Notes: generated from the sequence alone by a model not told the origin. Shown: positions 34,889 through 45,658, counted from the first letter of the stretch. The stretch is 64,000 nt of DNA from Gammaproteobacteria bacterium (GCA_029245525.1 JAQWPD010000101.1:47197-111196), one strand, 5' to 3'. Numbers and translations are program-made.

Positions 34889-35539
34889 ATGGATAACTAC
34901 AAAGCAGAATTTATTGAACTCGCCATGGAAGTTGGCGTTCTCAAACTGGGCGAGTTTGAACTGAAATCCGGGCGCATTAGCCCTTACTTTTTCAACTCAG
35001 GCTTGTTTAATACGGGTTTAGCAGCGGCGAAACTTGGGCGATATTACGCCGCTGCTGCCGAAGCTGCAGACATCGATTTCGATATGTTGTTTGGCCCTGC
35101 CTACAAAGGTATTCCATTAGTAACCCTAGCTGCAGCTTCGTTAGCCGATGACTATGGTCGCGACATGCCCTTCTCGTTTAATCGCAAAGAAGCCAAAAGC
35201 CATGGTGAAGGTGGCACCATCGTGGGTGCCCCTCTCAATGGCAAAGTACTTATTGTTGATGATGTCATCACGGCCGGAACTGCAATACGCGAGTCTGCAG
35301 ACATTATTCAGGCTGCAGAAGCCGAGCCAGCTGGAATATTGATCGCATTGGATCGTCAAGAACGCGGCACAGGGGCGTTATCCGCAGTACAAGAAGTGGA
35401 GCAAAGCCTCGGGGTAAAAGTATGCAGCATTATTCAGCTGGAAGACCTTATTCAGTGGCTGCAGCAGCAAGGCAATGACACCGAAATACTTGATTCTGTT
35501 AAAAACTACCGAAAAACCTATGGGATACAAACCCTTTAG
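34889..35539 (+). CDS. pyrE: Orotate phosphoribosyltransferase
   Basis: [14 protein letters not shown] and the PRPP loop [13 protein letters not shown]. Confidence 0.95.
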   Translation: MDNYKAEFIELAMEVGVLKLGEFELKSGRISPYFFNSGLFNTGLAAAKLGRYYAAAAEAADIDFDMLFGPAYKGIPLVTLAAASLADDYGRDMPFSFNRKEAKSHGEGGTIVGAPLNGKVLIVDDVITAGTAIRESADIIQAAEAEPAGILIALDRQERGTGALSAVQEVEQSLGVKVCSIIQLEDLIQWLQQQGNDTEILDSVKNYRKTYGIQTL

Positions 35540-35647
35540 TGTTTCCTCTCAGCAGATCAACCGTGCGAACCGGGTCACAATTAAGATGGATGAACAATGC
35601 GATAATAACGGTATTATTCGCTGACGGAATCAACTGATGCGCTGCCG

Positions 35648-36307
35648 ATGAAAACTCTACCCCAAAAAACTCGCTTCAGCATGCTACTCCTAACCGGAAT
35701 CGCTGTGCTTAGCATTCAGGGCACTTATGCAAAAAACGTCTACAAGTGGGTCGATGATGATGGGGTAACTCACTATGGCGACTCTATTCCACCAAAATAC
35801 GCAACGCGCGAGCACAGCATTTTGAATGGGCAAGGGGTTGAAATAGAAGTTGTTGACGGCGCCCTCTCGAGCGAAGACCTGCAACAGCTCAAAGCTCAGG
35901 CCAAAGCCGCCGAAATAGCGCAGGAAGAGGAAGCTGCTGCTGCGATACGCGACCAAGTACTTTTAAGCACATACTTGTCGGTTGATGAAATCAAAGCGCT
36001 GCGTGACCGGCGATTAGAATTGGTTCAGGCTCAAGTTCAGGTCACAAAGCTCTACCTCAAGACCCTGCGCAACAAGCTTGAGACTCTCGAGGAAGAGGCT
36101 CAGCGCTATGGGCAGCAAAATATCGGTAAGAAAACTCAGCCTCTCGATGAAACTCTGGTACGAGAGCTTGCTGATACCATCGACTCAATTATTCTTTACG
36201 ATAAAACGCTGAAAGACTTAGAAGCTGATCAACTGGCCCTTCAAAAAAAATTCGTCGGCGATATCAATCGCTTTTTAGAGCTCAAGCAACTGCCTGCTAG
36301 CCGCTAA
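35648..36307 (+). CDS. DUF4124-domain protein with coiled-coil C-terminus
   Basis: A signal peptide is followed by VYKWVDDDGVTHYGD, then a long Glu/Ala/Leu-rich helix. Confidence 0.7.
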   Translation: MKTLPQKTRFSMLLLTGIAVLSIQGTYAKNVYKWVDDDGVTHYGDSIPPKYATREHSILNGQGVEIEVVDGALSSEDLQQLKAQAKAAEIAQEEEAAAAIRDQVLLSTYLSVDEIKALRDRRLELVQAQVQVTKLYLKTLRNKLETLEEEAQRYGQQNIGKKTQPLDETLVRELADTIDSIILYDKTLKDLEADQLALQKKFVGDINRFLELKQLPASR

Positions 36308-36308
36308 G

Positions 36309-36770
36309 CTAGCCTTGACCCGTGTGACCGAAGCCCCCAGCCCCACGCTTGCTCTCAATAAAGTCATCCACCACTTGGAACTCCGGCTGTACAACCGGCA
36401 CGATAACCAGCTGCGCCATACGTAAGCCGGGGTCAAGCACAAAGGGCTCCTGCCCCCGGTTCCAACACGAGACATACAGCTGACCCTGATAATCGGAATC
36501 AATAAGGCCCACTAGATTACCCAGCACAATACCGTGTTTATGCCCCAGACCCGAGCGCGGCAAGATAACCGCAGCCAGTGAAGGGTCTTCAATATATATC
36601 GCCATTCCCGTGGGAATTAATTCAGTTTGACCGGGCTTGATCTCCAATGGTTCATCGATACAAGCCCGCAAGTCCACGCCTGCAGAGCCCGCTGTAGCTG
36701 GCTCAGGCAGCGATATCGTGTCACCAATGCGGGGGTCCAGAATTTTTAATTGAATGGTTTTTTTAGACAC
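36309..36770 (-). CDS. dut: dUTP diphosphatase
   Basis: [19 protein letters not shown], and the C-terminal [10 protein letters not shown] motif. Confidence 0.95.
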   Translation of the reverse strand: MSKKTIQLKILDPRIGDTISLPEPATAGSAGVDLRACIDEPLEIKPGQTELIPTGMAIYIEDPSLAAVILPRSGLGHKHGIVLGNLVGLIDSDYQGQLYVSCWNRGQEPFVLDPGLRMAQLVIVPVVQPEFQVVDDFIESKRGAGGFGHTGQG

Positions 36771-36791
36771 AATAAAGGTTCCTTAAGCTGC

Positions 36792-38033
36792 TTAGTAAGC
36801 GACAGGGTTATGGCGAAGGTCGGCAGCAATGAATCGCCCACTGGTGCGGAAACGCTCTGCGACCACGGCAATAAGACGTCTGGACAAGTCTACCTTCGAC
36901 ATATTGGGTAAGGACACGCGCCCATCCGCCCACATTACAAGCGCAGCATTATCATCGCGATCGAACCCAGAATTATCACCCACCAGATTAGCAACAATCA
37001 TATCGAGCTTTTTTCGATTTAGTTTCAGCATGGCATGCTCCTCGAGTTTCTCAGTTTCTGCCGCAAAGCCAACGGTAAACGGCGCAGAATCAAGTGCGGC
37101 TATCGCTGCGAGAAGGTCGGGTGACTTCGCCATTTCGAGAATAAATCTCTCATCATGCTTCTTAATTTTTTGACTGGGCACAGACTCAGGGCGATAGTCC
37201 GAAATTGCTGCAGCACCTACGTAAATATCTTTACCCGCAATGCTGTCCATCGCTGCGTCATACATTTCCAATGCAGTTTGAACATTCACCCGCTCGACTC
37301 CTGGCGGCGTTGGCAATGAAACGGGACCGGCAATTAGGGTGACATGGGCGCCGGCATCGGCAGCAGCCCGCGCCACAGCAAATCCCATCTTTCCCGAACT
37401 GCGGTTACTCACGAACCTTACTGGATCAATTGGCTCTCGCGTAGGCCCCGCAGTGACCATGATTTTTAGGCCGCGCAAAGCACCCGCTGCATCTGACAGG
37501 GTAAGCTGAGCGATAATCTCTGCCGGCTCCGTCATGCGTCCTGGGCCGACATCACCGCAGGCCTGATCGCCCACATCCGGCCCAATAAACCGAACGTTAC
37601 GACGGCCAAGTGAATTGATATTAGCTTGGGTACTGTCGTTGCGGTACATAGCTTGGTTCATTGAGGGCGCGATCACGATCGGCGACTCTGTGGCAAGGCA
37701 CAAGGTACTGAGAAGGCTGTCGGCATTGCCGTTGGCCAACTGGGCAATCACATTTGCCGTAGCTGGCGCAATAAGTACCATGTCTGCCCACTTGGCCAGC
37801 TCGATGTGACCCATAGCTGCTTCTGCCTGCTCGTCCCAAAGGTCGCCGCGCACCGGTTCCCCGGATACCGCCTGAAATACCGCGGGAGACACAAGCTTCC
37901 CTGCGCTCGCGGTTAAAACCACGCGCACATCGGCACCACGATCTTTCAGGCGCCTAACAAGGTCTGGGCTTTTATAGGCAGCAATACTGCCGCTCACACC
38001 AAGCAATATTTTTTTATTCTGCAAATCAATCAT
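36792..38033 (-). CDS. coaBC: Bifunctional phosphopantothenoylcysteine decarboxylase / phosphopantothenate-cysteine ligase
   Basis: KKILLGVSGSIAAYK flavoprotein motif, PAMN-like SMNQAMY, and a CoaB half with SSGKMG. Start set at ATG 38033; the track ORF runs to 38153. Confidence 0.93.
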   Translation of the reverse strand: MIDLQNKKILLGVSGSIAAYKSPDLVRRLKDRGADVRVVLTASAGKLVSPAVFQAVSGEPVRGDLWDEQAEAAMGHIELAKWADMVLIAPATANVIAQLANGNADSLLSTLCLATESPIVIAPSMNQAMYRNDSTQANINSLGRRNVRFIGPDVGDQACGDVGPGRMTEPAEIIAQLTLSDAAGALRGLKIMVTAGPTREPIDPVRFVSNRSSGKMGFAVARAAADAGAHVTLIAGPVSLPTPPGVERVNVQTALEMYDAAMDSIAGKDIYVGAAAISDYRPESVPSQKIKKHDERFILEMAKSPDLLAAIAALDSAPFTVGFAAETEKLEEHAMLKLNRKKLDMIVANLVGDNSGFDRDDNAALVMWADGRVSLPNMSKVDLSRRLIAVVAERFRTSGRFIAADLRHNPVAY

Positions 38034-38133
38034 GGTGGGCTTCACATCGGTATAGGAAGGGCTTTTCAAAATTAGCGATACGCCCCAGATTCGAGACTGT
38101 ATAACGACTCGGGGCCGGGAGCAAAATCCCTGC

Positions 38134-38880
38134 ATGAGAACGACGAACAACATTGATACAAATACCCCGGCAGACCAATCAGGGTGCCTGTCGCCGGAGG
38201 AGCCTTTGAGCAGCGGTCATAGCGGTTCCATTGGCGGCAATCCCGCAAGTATTATGAACCCTAGCGCAGAGACCATGCCCGACATTGAACTCATGGCGCT
38301 CATTATTGATCAATCTAACCAGCCACAAGAAGCGCATGCCATGGCACATGAGCTGCTTTTGAGGTTTGGCTCTATCCGCGGGATTCTGAGTGCTCAGACC
38401 AATGATCTGCTGTCAATCCATGGCATGTGCCAGCGTCGGGCACGCATGATAAGCAGCTTAAGTGAGATCGGCGCTCGCTATCTGCAAGAGCGTATGCTGC
38501 CCGGCAGCAGCATCCAATCCCCCGGAGACAGCCAGCAATACCTGATAGCGAGGTTACGTGACCGGCCTCAGGAGGTTTTCTGTGCGCTATTTCTCGATAA
38601 CCAGCACCGGGTGCTCTCATTCGAAGAGCTGTTCCAGGGCACTATCGATGCAACCACGGTCTATCCGCGGGAAATACTCCGCCGCGCGCTCACCCGCAAT
38701 GCGGCAGCCGTAATTCTTGCACACAACCACCCGTCCGGTGTCGCCGAACCGAGTGCGGCCGACCAAAACATTACCCGCAGAGTGCGCGATGCGCTGGAGC
38801 TTATCGATGTGCGGCTGCTGGACCACTTTGTTGTGGGTGACGGCAGTTGCGTGTCACTGGCCGCGCGCGGCATGCTCTGA
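38134..38880 (+). CDS. radC: RadC-family JAB-domain protein
   Basis: The C-terminus HNHPSGVAEPSAADQNITRRV (JAMM motif) and LLDHFVVG. The N-terminal start is uncertain; ATGs at codons 41 and 48 are alternatives. Confidence 0.8.
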   Translation: MRTTNNIDTNTPADQSGCLSPEEPLSSGHSGSIGGNPASIMNPSAETMPDIELMALIIDQSNQPQEAHAMAHELLLRFGSIRGILSAQTNDLLSIHGMCQRRARMISSLSEIGARYLQERMLPGSSIQSPGDSQQYLIARLRDRPQEVFCALFLDNQHRVLSFEELFQGTIDATTVYPREILRRALTRNAAAVILAHNHPSGVAEPSAADQNITRRVRDALELIDVRLLDHFVVGDGSCVSLAARGML

Positions 38881-38948
38881 TGTGGCCAATCAATACAACG
38901 CCATCAACCACTGAGCTGCGCATGAAGATCAATACTCATAGGTATTAC

Positions 38949-38977
38949 TTGCCTCTGACACGCTAGACTGGTATAAA
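38949..38977 (+). promoter_or_regulatory. Putative sigma70 promoter of rpmBG (TTGCCT-N17-TATAAA)
   Basis: Hexamers at 38949-38954 and 38972-38977. A 7-bp leader hairpin ATCGACC/GGTCGAT follows. Confidence 0.4.
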
Positions 38978-39043
38978 AGCCGGCTCGGATCGACCGCAGT
39001 TCTTCGGGTCGATTATAAACATATGATTTACCAGAGGTTGCTC

Positions 39044-39280
39044 ATGTCACGGGTCTGTCAGGTCACCGGAAAACGTCCGATGTCCGGAAATAATGTGTCC
39101 CACGCCAACAATAGAACTCGGCGTCGGTTTTTGCCTAACGTGCATTCACGTAGGTTCTGGGTTGATAGCGAGCAGCGTTATGTCCGCTTGCGGGTATCCG
39201 GCAAAGGGCTGCGCATCATTGACAAGAAAGGTATTGATATCGTTCTTGCTGACCTGCGCAATCAGGGCCAAAAAGTCTAA
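39044..39280 (+). CDS. rpmB: 50S ribosomal protein L28
   Basis: [32 protein letters not shown], 78 aa. Confidence 0.97.
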   Translation: MSRVCQVTGKRPMSGNNVSHANNRTRRRFLPNVHSRRFWVDSEQRYVRLRVSGKGLRIIDKKGIDIVLADLRNQGQKV

Positions 39281-39306
39281 ACGACGACACCAGCGGAGAA
39301 TCAGCT

Positions 39307-39462
39307 ATGAGAGACAAAATCAAATTGGTGTCATCGGCCGGCACCGGACACTACTACACCACGACCAAGAACAAGCGTCTGCACCCTGAGAAAATGGAAA
39401 CCAGAAAGTTTGATCCTGTCGTGCGTCAGCATGTGATGTACAAAGAAGCTAAGATCAAATAA
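39307..39462 (+). CDS. rpmG: 50S ribosomal protein L33 (not in the ORF track)
   Basis: Hand translation gives [51 protein letters not shown]. Confidence 0.95.
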   Translation: MRDKIKLVSSAGTGHYYTTTKNKRLHPEKMETRKFDPVVRQHVMYKEAKIK

Positions 39463-39514
39463 CACTATTTTGACTGGTCGAGTCCATGTAATCGAGACTT
39501 ACCCCAGACCCGAG

Positions 39515-39550
39515 CAATAAAAAACCCGCTATAAAGCGGGTTTTTTATTG
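39515..39550. terminator. Bidirectional intrinsic terminator between rpmG and the desaturase gene
   Basis: CAATAAAAAACCCGCT-ATAA-AGCGGGTTTTTTATTG, a perfect extended palindrome with A and T runs on both sides. Confidence 0.85.
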
Positions 39551-39577
39551 CTCTAAATTTTGCTCCCTAATTACTGA

Positions 39578-40795
39578 TCAGGAATGCACCGGCACGGCAG
39601 GGATAACATACTCACGCAGTGTTTGAGAAAAATCTTCAAGGACCTTCACGCCGCTTGATTCCGCCTCAAGACACCACTCTTTCAAATGGGCTACCAAGCC
39701 ATCGTTGCTTACATTGGCCTGATCCCATAGGGCCATCAAACGCTCCCGATATTCATGCACGGTCTTCAATGCCTGATTCTCAGCAAGCAATTCTCTTAAG
39801 CGCTGCTCACTAAAACTATCAAGAAGCACAGGATTGCTCACCAACAACTTACGCGCCTTCGGCATCAATCCATAGTTTGACGATGACTCGTACTTAAGCA
39901 CAGGCAATGTCACACTCCGGGTATATGATCGCAATACGTTCATGCGGTTCATCAGTACCGCCTGAAGCGTCTCCAGATCAACCTGCCTTGGCGCTTCGGC
40001 AAGATGTGGTTTCGGCGAGGTCCGGAGCACCTTCACTAGCCCTAAATACCTCATCAGACAGATGTACATCCAGCCAATATCAAATTCCCACCATTGCACC
40101 GAAAACTTAGCGGACGTTGGAAATGCATGATGGTTGTTATGCAGCTCCTCACCGGCAATGAAAATTGCTAATGGCGTGAGGTTAGTTGCCGCATCATCAC
40201 ACTCGAAATTACGGTAGCCTTTGGCATGACCCAGGCCGTTGACAACACCGGCAGCCAGAACCGGAATAGTTAGCATCTGCAGAGCGTATACGATAATCCC
40301 CGGCACACCCAGTAACAGTATATAGGCCGCGAAAAGAAGCTTTAGGCCCAGATTCTCGTAGCGCATCAGGAAATGTTCAAGCGCATCGTCAGGACAGCCC
40401 CGACTGTACTTTGCAACGGTTTCGGGGTTCGAAGCTTCGAGCTTGTAAAGCTCGGCACCCTCTTGTAAAACCTTCTTTAATCCAAACACAACCGGACTAT
40501 GGGGGTCACCCTCACGCTCACACATAGCATGATGCTTTCGGTGCACAGCAACCCACTCACGGGTGATCATTGCAGTAGTCAGCCAAAGCCAGATGCGAAA
40601 AAACACCCGCAAGGCAGGGTTCAGTACTATCGACTGATGCGCCTGATCTCGATGCAGATATAACGTTACGGCCGCCAGAGTCAGCTGCATAACAAAGACC
40701 GTAAAAATAACACCGCCCCAAAAGCTCAGGTTCAAAAAGCCATGCATGTGCTCAAAGATAAAATTCAACATTCGTTCATCAACCTTGGGTTCCAT
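39578..40795 (-). CDS. Membrane fatty-acid (delta-9 type) desaturase with C-terminal extension
   Basis: Histidine boxes HRDQAH, HRKHHAMCE and HNNHHAF. N-terminal TM hairpins. Confidence 0.85.
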   Translation of the reverse strand: MEPKVDERMLNFIFEHMHGFLNLSFWGGVIFTVFVMQLTLAAVTLYLHRDQAHQSIVLNPALRVFFRIWLWLTTAMITREWVAVHRKHHAMCEREGDPHSPVVFGLKKVLQEGAELYKLEASNPETVAKYSRGCPDDALEHFLMRYENLGLKLLFAAYILLLGVPGIIVYALQMLTIPVLAAGVVNGLGHAKGYRNFECDDAATNLTPLAIFIAGEELHNNHHAFPTSAKFSVQWWEFDIGWMYICLMRYLGLVKVLRTSPKPHLAEAPRQVDLETLQAVLMNRMNVLRSYTRSVTLPVLKYESSSNYGLMPKARKLLVSNPVLLDSFSEQRLRELLAENQALKTVHEYRERLMALWDQANVSNDGLVAHLKEWCLEAESSGVKVLEDFSQTLREYVIPAVPVHS

Positions 40796-40932
40796 ACCCT
40801 AAAGCAATAATACACTCTGTATTTTAATAGAATTTGGACTGCTATAGTCACCTTATGGTTCACTATCATCGGTCAATGCAGGTTTATCTCTGACCCTGTC
40901 TGCTCTGCAACCGCCAAAAAGGCCGTTATTCA

Positions 40933-41748
40933 ATGCCCGAACTGCCCGAAGTCGAGACCACTCTGCGCGGCATATCGCCGACGCTGCTAAACCGCCGCAT
41001 CCATAAGGTTGTTGTTCGCAATCGCAAGCTGCGCTGGCCAATTCCTCGCAACCTGGAAGACAAGCTCACAGGTCAAAGAGTCACCAGCATGCGTCGGCGC
41101 GGCAAGTACCTGCTCATCGGCACGGATAAAGGAACCGCTATGCTGCACCTCGGTATGTCAGGCAGTCTGCGCATTCTGGACAAAGGCATTCCGCCGGAAA
41201 AGCACGATCATGTCGATATTATCTTACAAAACGACAAGATAATTCGCTTTAACGACCCGAGACGATTTGGCTCACTGCTTTGGGCAGGAGCCAATCCAGA
41301 CACACACCGCTTACTCAGCAATTTGGGCCCGGAGCCATTAGGCAGTGAGTTCGATGGCCATCACCTTTACCAAGCAGGCAAAGGGCGCAAAGTCTCAATC
41401 AAACAGCTCATTATGAACAGCAACGTCGTTGTTGGCGTCGGGAATATCTACGCCAATGAAAGTCTTTTTCGTGCCGGAATTCGACCAACGCGACAGGCAG
41501 GGCGGCTGAGTAAAAAGGGCTACGCCATGCTGGCCGGTAAAATTAAACGCGTACTCGACGAAGCCATATCTATGGGGGGCACAACACTCAAAGACTTTCA
41601 CGCTGCAGACGGCAAGCCCGGGTATTTTTCCATTCGCTTAAATGTATATGGAAGAAAGGACGAGCCCTGCACGAAATGCGGTACTAAGATAAAGCATTTG
41701 GTGCAAGCGCAGCGGGCCAGCTATTACTGCCCAAACTGCCAGAGCTAG
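40933..41748 (+). CDS. mutM: Formamidopyrimidine-DNA glycosylase
   Basis: MPELPEVET N-terminus and the C-terminal zinc finger CTKCG...YYCPNCQ. Confidence 0.96.
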   Translation: MPELPEVETTLRGISPTLLNRRIHKVVVRNRKLRWPIPRNLEDKLTGQRVTSMRRRGKYLLIGTDKGTAMLHLGMSGSLRILDKGIPPEKHDHVDIILQNDKIIRFNDPRRFGSLLWAGANPDTHRLLSNLGPEPLGSEFDGHHLYQAGKGRKVSIKQLIMNSNVVVGVGNIYANESLFRAGIRPTRQAGRLSKKGYAMLAGKIKRVLDEAISMGGTTLKDFHAADGKPGYFSIRLNVYGRKDEPCTKCGTKIKHLVQAQRASYYCPNCQS

Positions 41749-41760
41749 GCGCCTAAGCGT

Positions 41761-43485
41761 TCAATAAACCCGTGCCTCGCCCTCCCCTCGGGGATCTGTT
41801 GCGGCTTCGACGTCACCACTGAGATAATTCCAGGTCACCACGTTCATGTTCCCATAGGGACGACGGGACTCAGTCAAATCATGGCCTCGTGTAATCAGCT
41901 CCGCAACAACCTCGGAGCTCAGTGCCCCCGACTCATACACCACGGTATCCGGCAGATACTGCTGATGATAGCGTTTTAAATTGACCATTTCGCTCGCACT
42001 GGCTCCTTCTATCCAGGCCTGGGCAGCAAGCGCTACCTGCGTAATAATCCGGCTTCCGCCAGGCGAGCCTAAAATGGCAATACCATCGCTCGACTCAAGA
42101 AATGTCGGCGACATACTCGACAGCATTCGCCGATTTGGCGCAACAGAATTGGCGCCAGCTCCAACCAAGCCAAAACTGTTAGGCGCGCCGGGCTTAATCG
42201 AGAAATCATCCATCTCGTTGTTCAATATGACGCCAGTACCCGCGGGCATGAAGGCCGCTCCGTACCAAGTATTAATCGATTGAGTCGCCGCTACCCGGTT
42301 TCCTTCCGCATCAAGAATTGAAAAATGTGTGGTGTCGCTACCCTGGGAACCATCGGAAAAAACAGGGCGCAAACTTGCACTGGGTGTGGCCAGATCCATA
42401 TCGATCGATGCGCGTAACTCTGCAGCGTAGCCATCACTCAGCAACCGCGTCAGCGGCATGACGATCTGATCCGGATCGCCGAGGTACTCGGCACGATCTC
42501 TATAGGCTCGGCGCATCGCTTCAATATTGATATGCGCCTGATCAGCAGAACTCAATGAGTCCAAATCGTAGCCGGCCAAAATATTAAACACAGTGGCCAG
42601 CACAACACCTCCGGAGGATGGCGGTGGCGCAGTAATAACCCGCATACCACGGTAATTAAATACCAATGGTGGACGCTCAACCACGCGATAGTTAGCAAGG
42701 TCAGGCGCTGTCCAGATGCCACCAGCCTCCTGCACGCCGGCAATCAGTAGCGCTGCTGTCTCTCCCAAGTAAAATCCATCAAAGCCCTGCGCTGCCAAAC
42801 GCCTGAGCGTGCGCCCTAGATCCGGTTGGCGAATAATGTCGCCGGCTACTGGTAAGGTATTGTCAGGAATAAAGACCTCTTTAAACGCTGGGGATATATC
42901 ATAGGCAGTGCGCCGAAACTTCAACCCCAGCAACATGCGCGGCGTAGCAATAAAACCGGCTTCCGCAAGCTCAATGGCCGGTGCCAACGATACACTCAGA
43001 GGTAACCGGCCATAGTTCTCGGAGATATGCACCAGCGCAGCAGGCAGGCCCGGTATCCCTGCTGCTAAAGGGCCAGTGTAAGTAGCCCGAGGCAATGGCT
43101 CGCCATCGCTATCTAGATACATGCCCGTTGTTGCAGCAGCCGGTGCTGTCTCGCGCGCATCAAGAAATATTTGGCGGCCGGTTGCTGCATCATGGAGAAG
43201 AAAAAAACCACCACCACCCAGACCGGATGATGCCGGTTCAACCACTGCCAGCGCCGCACTGACGGCTACTGCGGCATCAAATGCATTACCACCAGCGGCA
43301 AGAGTCATCTCGCCTGCCGCAGTCGCCAGAGGATCGGCACTGGCAATAGCCGCTTCGGCCGGCGGTTTTATAACATCTACTGCAGACGGGCTGCCACAGG
43401 CGGACAGGAAAAAGATCAGGCAAACTAAGCTAAAGGGGCGCGCACGAAACGTAACCCCATAGATTGAGCGCCACCGATTAATCAC
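41761..43485 (-). CDS. ggt: Gamma-glutamyltransferase (probable lipoprotein)
   Basis: GGT motifs GGGGF and the autoprocessing site DTTHFS. I chose the start at GTG 43485, which overlaps the coaD TGA (GTGA). This gives a signal peptide ending FFLSAC. The track ORF start (43542) lies inside coaD. Confidence 0.85.
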   Translation of the reverse strand: MINRWRSIYGVTFRARPFSLVCLIFFLSACGSPSAVDVIKPPAEAAIASADPLATAAGEMTLAAGGNAFDAAVAVSAALAVVEPASSGLGGGGFFLLHDAATGRQIFLDARETAPAAATTGMYLDSDGEPLPRATYTGPLAAGIPGLPAALVHISENYGRLPLSVSLAPAIELAEAGFIATPRMLLGLKFRRTAYDISPAFKEVFIPDNTLPVAGDIIRQPDLGRTLRRLAAQGFDGFYLGETAALLIAGVQEAGGIWTAPDLANYRVVERPPLVFNYRGMRVITAPPPSSGGVVLATVFNILAGYDLDSLSSADQAHINIEAMRRAYRDRAEYLGDPDQIVMPLTRLLSDGYAAELRASIDMDLATPSASLRPVFSDGSQGSDTTHFSILDAEGNRVAATQSINTWYGAAFMPAGTGVILNNEMDDFSIKPGAPNSFGLVGAGANSVAPNRRMLSSMSPTFLESSDGIAILGSPGGSRIITQVALAAQAWIEGASASEMVNLKRYHQQYLPDTVVYESGALSSEVVAELITRGHDLTESRRPYGNMNVVTWNYLSGDVEAATDPRGEGEARVY

Positions 43486-43961
43486 GCGCGGAAACGCTCC
43501 GTAAGAGCCAGCAATACAGCGGGGTGCACAAAGGCAGAGCAATCCCCGCGGTTCGCCGCGATGTCACGGATCAGGGTCGATGATACAAACGTGTTGGCTT
43601 CGTCAGGGGTTAAATAAACAGTTTCAATATCTGCATTAAGCTTGTGGTTCATTCCAGCAAGCTGTCGCTCATATTCAAAATCAGTCACTGAGCGCAGCCC
43701 GCGAACAATGCCGCGCAAATTTTGCTTCCGTGCAAATTCCACTGTAAGCCCGTCATAAGGCATCACTTCAACATTCGAATAATCTTTCAATACGGCTCCA
43801 GCGAACTGAAGTCGCTCGGCAAGAGTAAATAAAGGCTGTTTTGAGGTACTTTCCGCCACGCCGACGACAACCTTGTCAAACAAGCCCGCGGCACGACGCA
43901 CAATCTCTTCATGCCCATTGGTAATCGGATCAAATGTTCCGGGGTACAACACAGCAACCAC
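43482..43961 (-). CDS. coaD: Phosphopantetheine adenylyltransferase
   Basis: YPGTFDPITNGH motif. Start set at GTG 43961, 6 nt after GGAGG, giving 159 aa. The ATG at 43994 is the longer alternative. Confidence 0.9.
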   Translation of the reverse strand: MVAVLYPGTFDPITNGHEEIVRRAAGLFDKVVVGVAESTSKQPLFTLAERLQFAGAVLKDYSNVEVMPYDGLTVEFARKQNLRGIVRGLRSVTDFEYERQLAGMNHKLNADIETVYLTPDEANTFVSSTLIRDIAANRGDCSAFVHPAVLLALTERFRA

Positions 43962-44009
43962 AGCAATCCTCCAGATGAAACTCAGATAAGCCAATAGAGC
44001 CTAAGAATA

Positions 44010-44588
44010 TCACGCCTCCCGACGAGCCAGTGCATAACAAACCTGACCAGCAGTCTTGTTTTTAAGCAACGCCCAGTTCTCAGGCAAATCAGGAAACTCT
44101 GTGGTAGAGGCCATTTCAAGATAAACATGAGCGACTGGAGACAACCAAGAGCCCTGCTCCAGATACGAGCAAAGCTTAACAAGTTCCTGTTCGACAAAGG
44201 GCGGGTCAAGAAACACAACGTCATACTGCTGGGGAAACAAGCGATCCGGTGAGGCAAGGTAGCCTCGTGCATCTTCGTTCCGCACTGTAACTTCTTCAGC
44301 ATCAAGTTCTGTAACCAGCGCTTGCAGATGCTGCGCGGTACCGCGCGACCTCTCAACCAGCACCACGCTAGCCGCGCCGCGCGAAGCCGATTCAAAACCC
44401 AACGCACCACTGCCAGCGAATAAATCCAGCACATTCGCGCCACGCAAATGAGGATCAAGCCAATTAAATACCGTTTCGCGCACGCGGTCGGCAGTCGGTC
44501 GGATGCCGGCGTTAGCCAAAGGCAGCCTCCGGCCACGCCATTTTCCGCCGATCATCCGAACTTTACCTGCTGCAAAGTGCTTCGCCAT
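44010..44588 (-). CDS. rsmD: 16S rRNA (guanine966-N2)-methyltransferase
   Basis: RMIGGKWRGRRL, DLFAGSGALGFEA, FLDPPF. Conserved divergent arrangement with ftsY. Confidence 0.9.
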   Translation of the reverse strand: MAKHFAAGKVRMIGGKWRGRRLPLANAGIRPTADRVRETVFNWLDPHLRGANVLDLFAGSGALGFESASRGAASVVLVERSRGTAQHLQALVTELDAEEVTVRNEDARGYLASPDRLFPQQYDVVFLDPPFVEQELVKLCSYLEQGSWLSPVAHVYLEMASTTEFPDLPENWALLKNKTAGQVCYALARREA

Positions 44589-44650
44589 ATCGGTAAGTGT
44601 TTCGAAAGACTGCTGCAGTTACAAGGTCTAATTCGTTACCATACGAACCC

Positions 44651-45658
44651 ATGACTAGCAGAGACAAAAATGCGCCTAAGCGCGAGGGCTTTTTTCGTCG
44701 CCTAAAAAAGCGCTTGAGCACAAATGAGCCTGAGGAGAGCCAAAATCAATTCGGCAAAGATCGCAACCTAAGCCTTGGGTTGGAGTCGCTCAGCTGGTTA
44801 AACGGTCGCAAGCTCGACGCCGAACTTGCCGAAGAACTCGAGGACCAATTACTTCTAGCCGATGTCGGTGTCGAAACCACCAATAAAATACTCAGAGAAC
44901 TCGAGACCCGACTGCGATATTCTGATTCGGTGGCCATGGCGCTGCGCGCAACACTTAATGATATTATCGCTCCGCGCTCGCAGGAGCTGCAGATCGACAA
45001 ATCCGTTAATCCGTACGTTATTCTCATGGTCGGGGTTAATGGCTCTGGCAAAACCACCACCATAGGCAAGCTCGCAAGACACTTTAAGCAGCAGGGGCTA
45101 TCGGTAATGCTGGCGGCCGGTGATACTTTTCGTGCTGCTGCTGTTGAGCAATTGCAGGCCTGGGGTGAACGCAACGACGTGCCGGTAATAGCCCAAGGTA
45201 CGGGCGCCGATCCGGCTGCTGTTATTTTTGATGCTATTGAAGCCGCAAGGTCCCGAAATATTGATGTGTTACTAGCCGATACAGCAGGCCGTCTACAGAA
45301 TCAGGAATCACTGATGAGGGAGCTGCAGAAAATCGTTCGGGTTGTTGGCAAAACAGACAGCTCCGCGCCTCATGAAACTATGCTCGTGCTCGATGCGAGC
45401 CTTGGACAGAACGCATTAACTCAAGCTATACAATTTCACAAAGTCATTGGTTTAACAGGCATAACCATGACTAAGCTCGATGGAGGCGCCAAAGGAGGCA
45501 CCTTGGTTGCTCTGGCAAACCAGCTGGATGTGGCCTTTCGTTTTATTGGCACGGGGGAAAATGCCGACAATCTGGAAAAATTCGATGTGGATGGCTTTAT
45601 CAATACTCTATTGACCATCGATAGCTCAATGACTGATGCGCCACCAGACAACAATTAG
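44651..45658 (+). CDS. ftsY: Signal recognition particle receptor FtsY
   Basis: NG domain with GVNGSGKTTT, DTAGR, TKLDG. Start set at ATG 44651 (MTSRDKN); the GTG at 44597 is the longer alternative. Confidence 0.93.
   Translation: MTSRDKNAPKREGFFRRLKKRLSTNEPEESQNQFGKDRNLSLGLESLSWLNGRKLDAELAEELEDQLLLADVGVETTNKILRELETRLRYSDSVAMALRATLNDIIAPRSQELQIDKSVNPYVILMVGVNGSGKTTTIGKLARHFKQQGLSVMLAAGDTFRAAAVEQLQAWGERNDVPVIAQGTGADPAAVIFDAIEAARSRNIDVLLADTAGRLQNQESLMRELQKIVRVVGKTDSSAPHETMLVLDASLGQNALTQAIQFHKVIGLTGITMTKLDGGAKGGTLVALANQLDVAFRFIGTGENADNLEKFDVDGFINTLLTIDSSMTDAPPDNN

Noticed and set aside
43982-44536. 184-aa minus-strand ORF overlapping rsmD in another frame
   Set aside because: The RsmD frame carries all the methyltransferase motifs. 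The alternative frame is Leu/Arg/Cys-rich.
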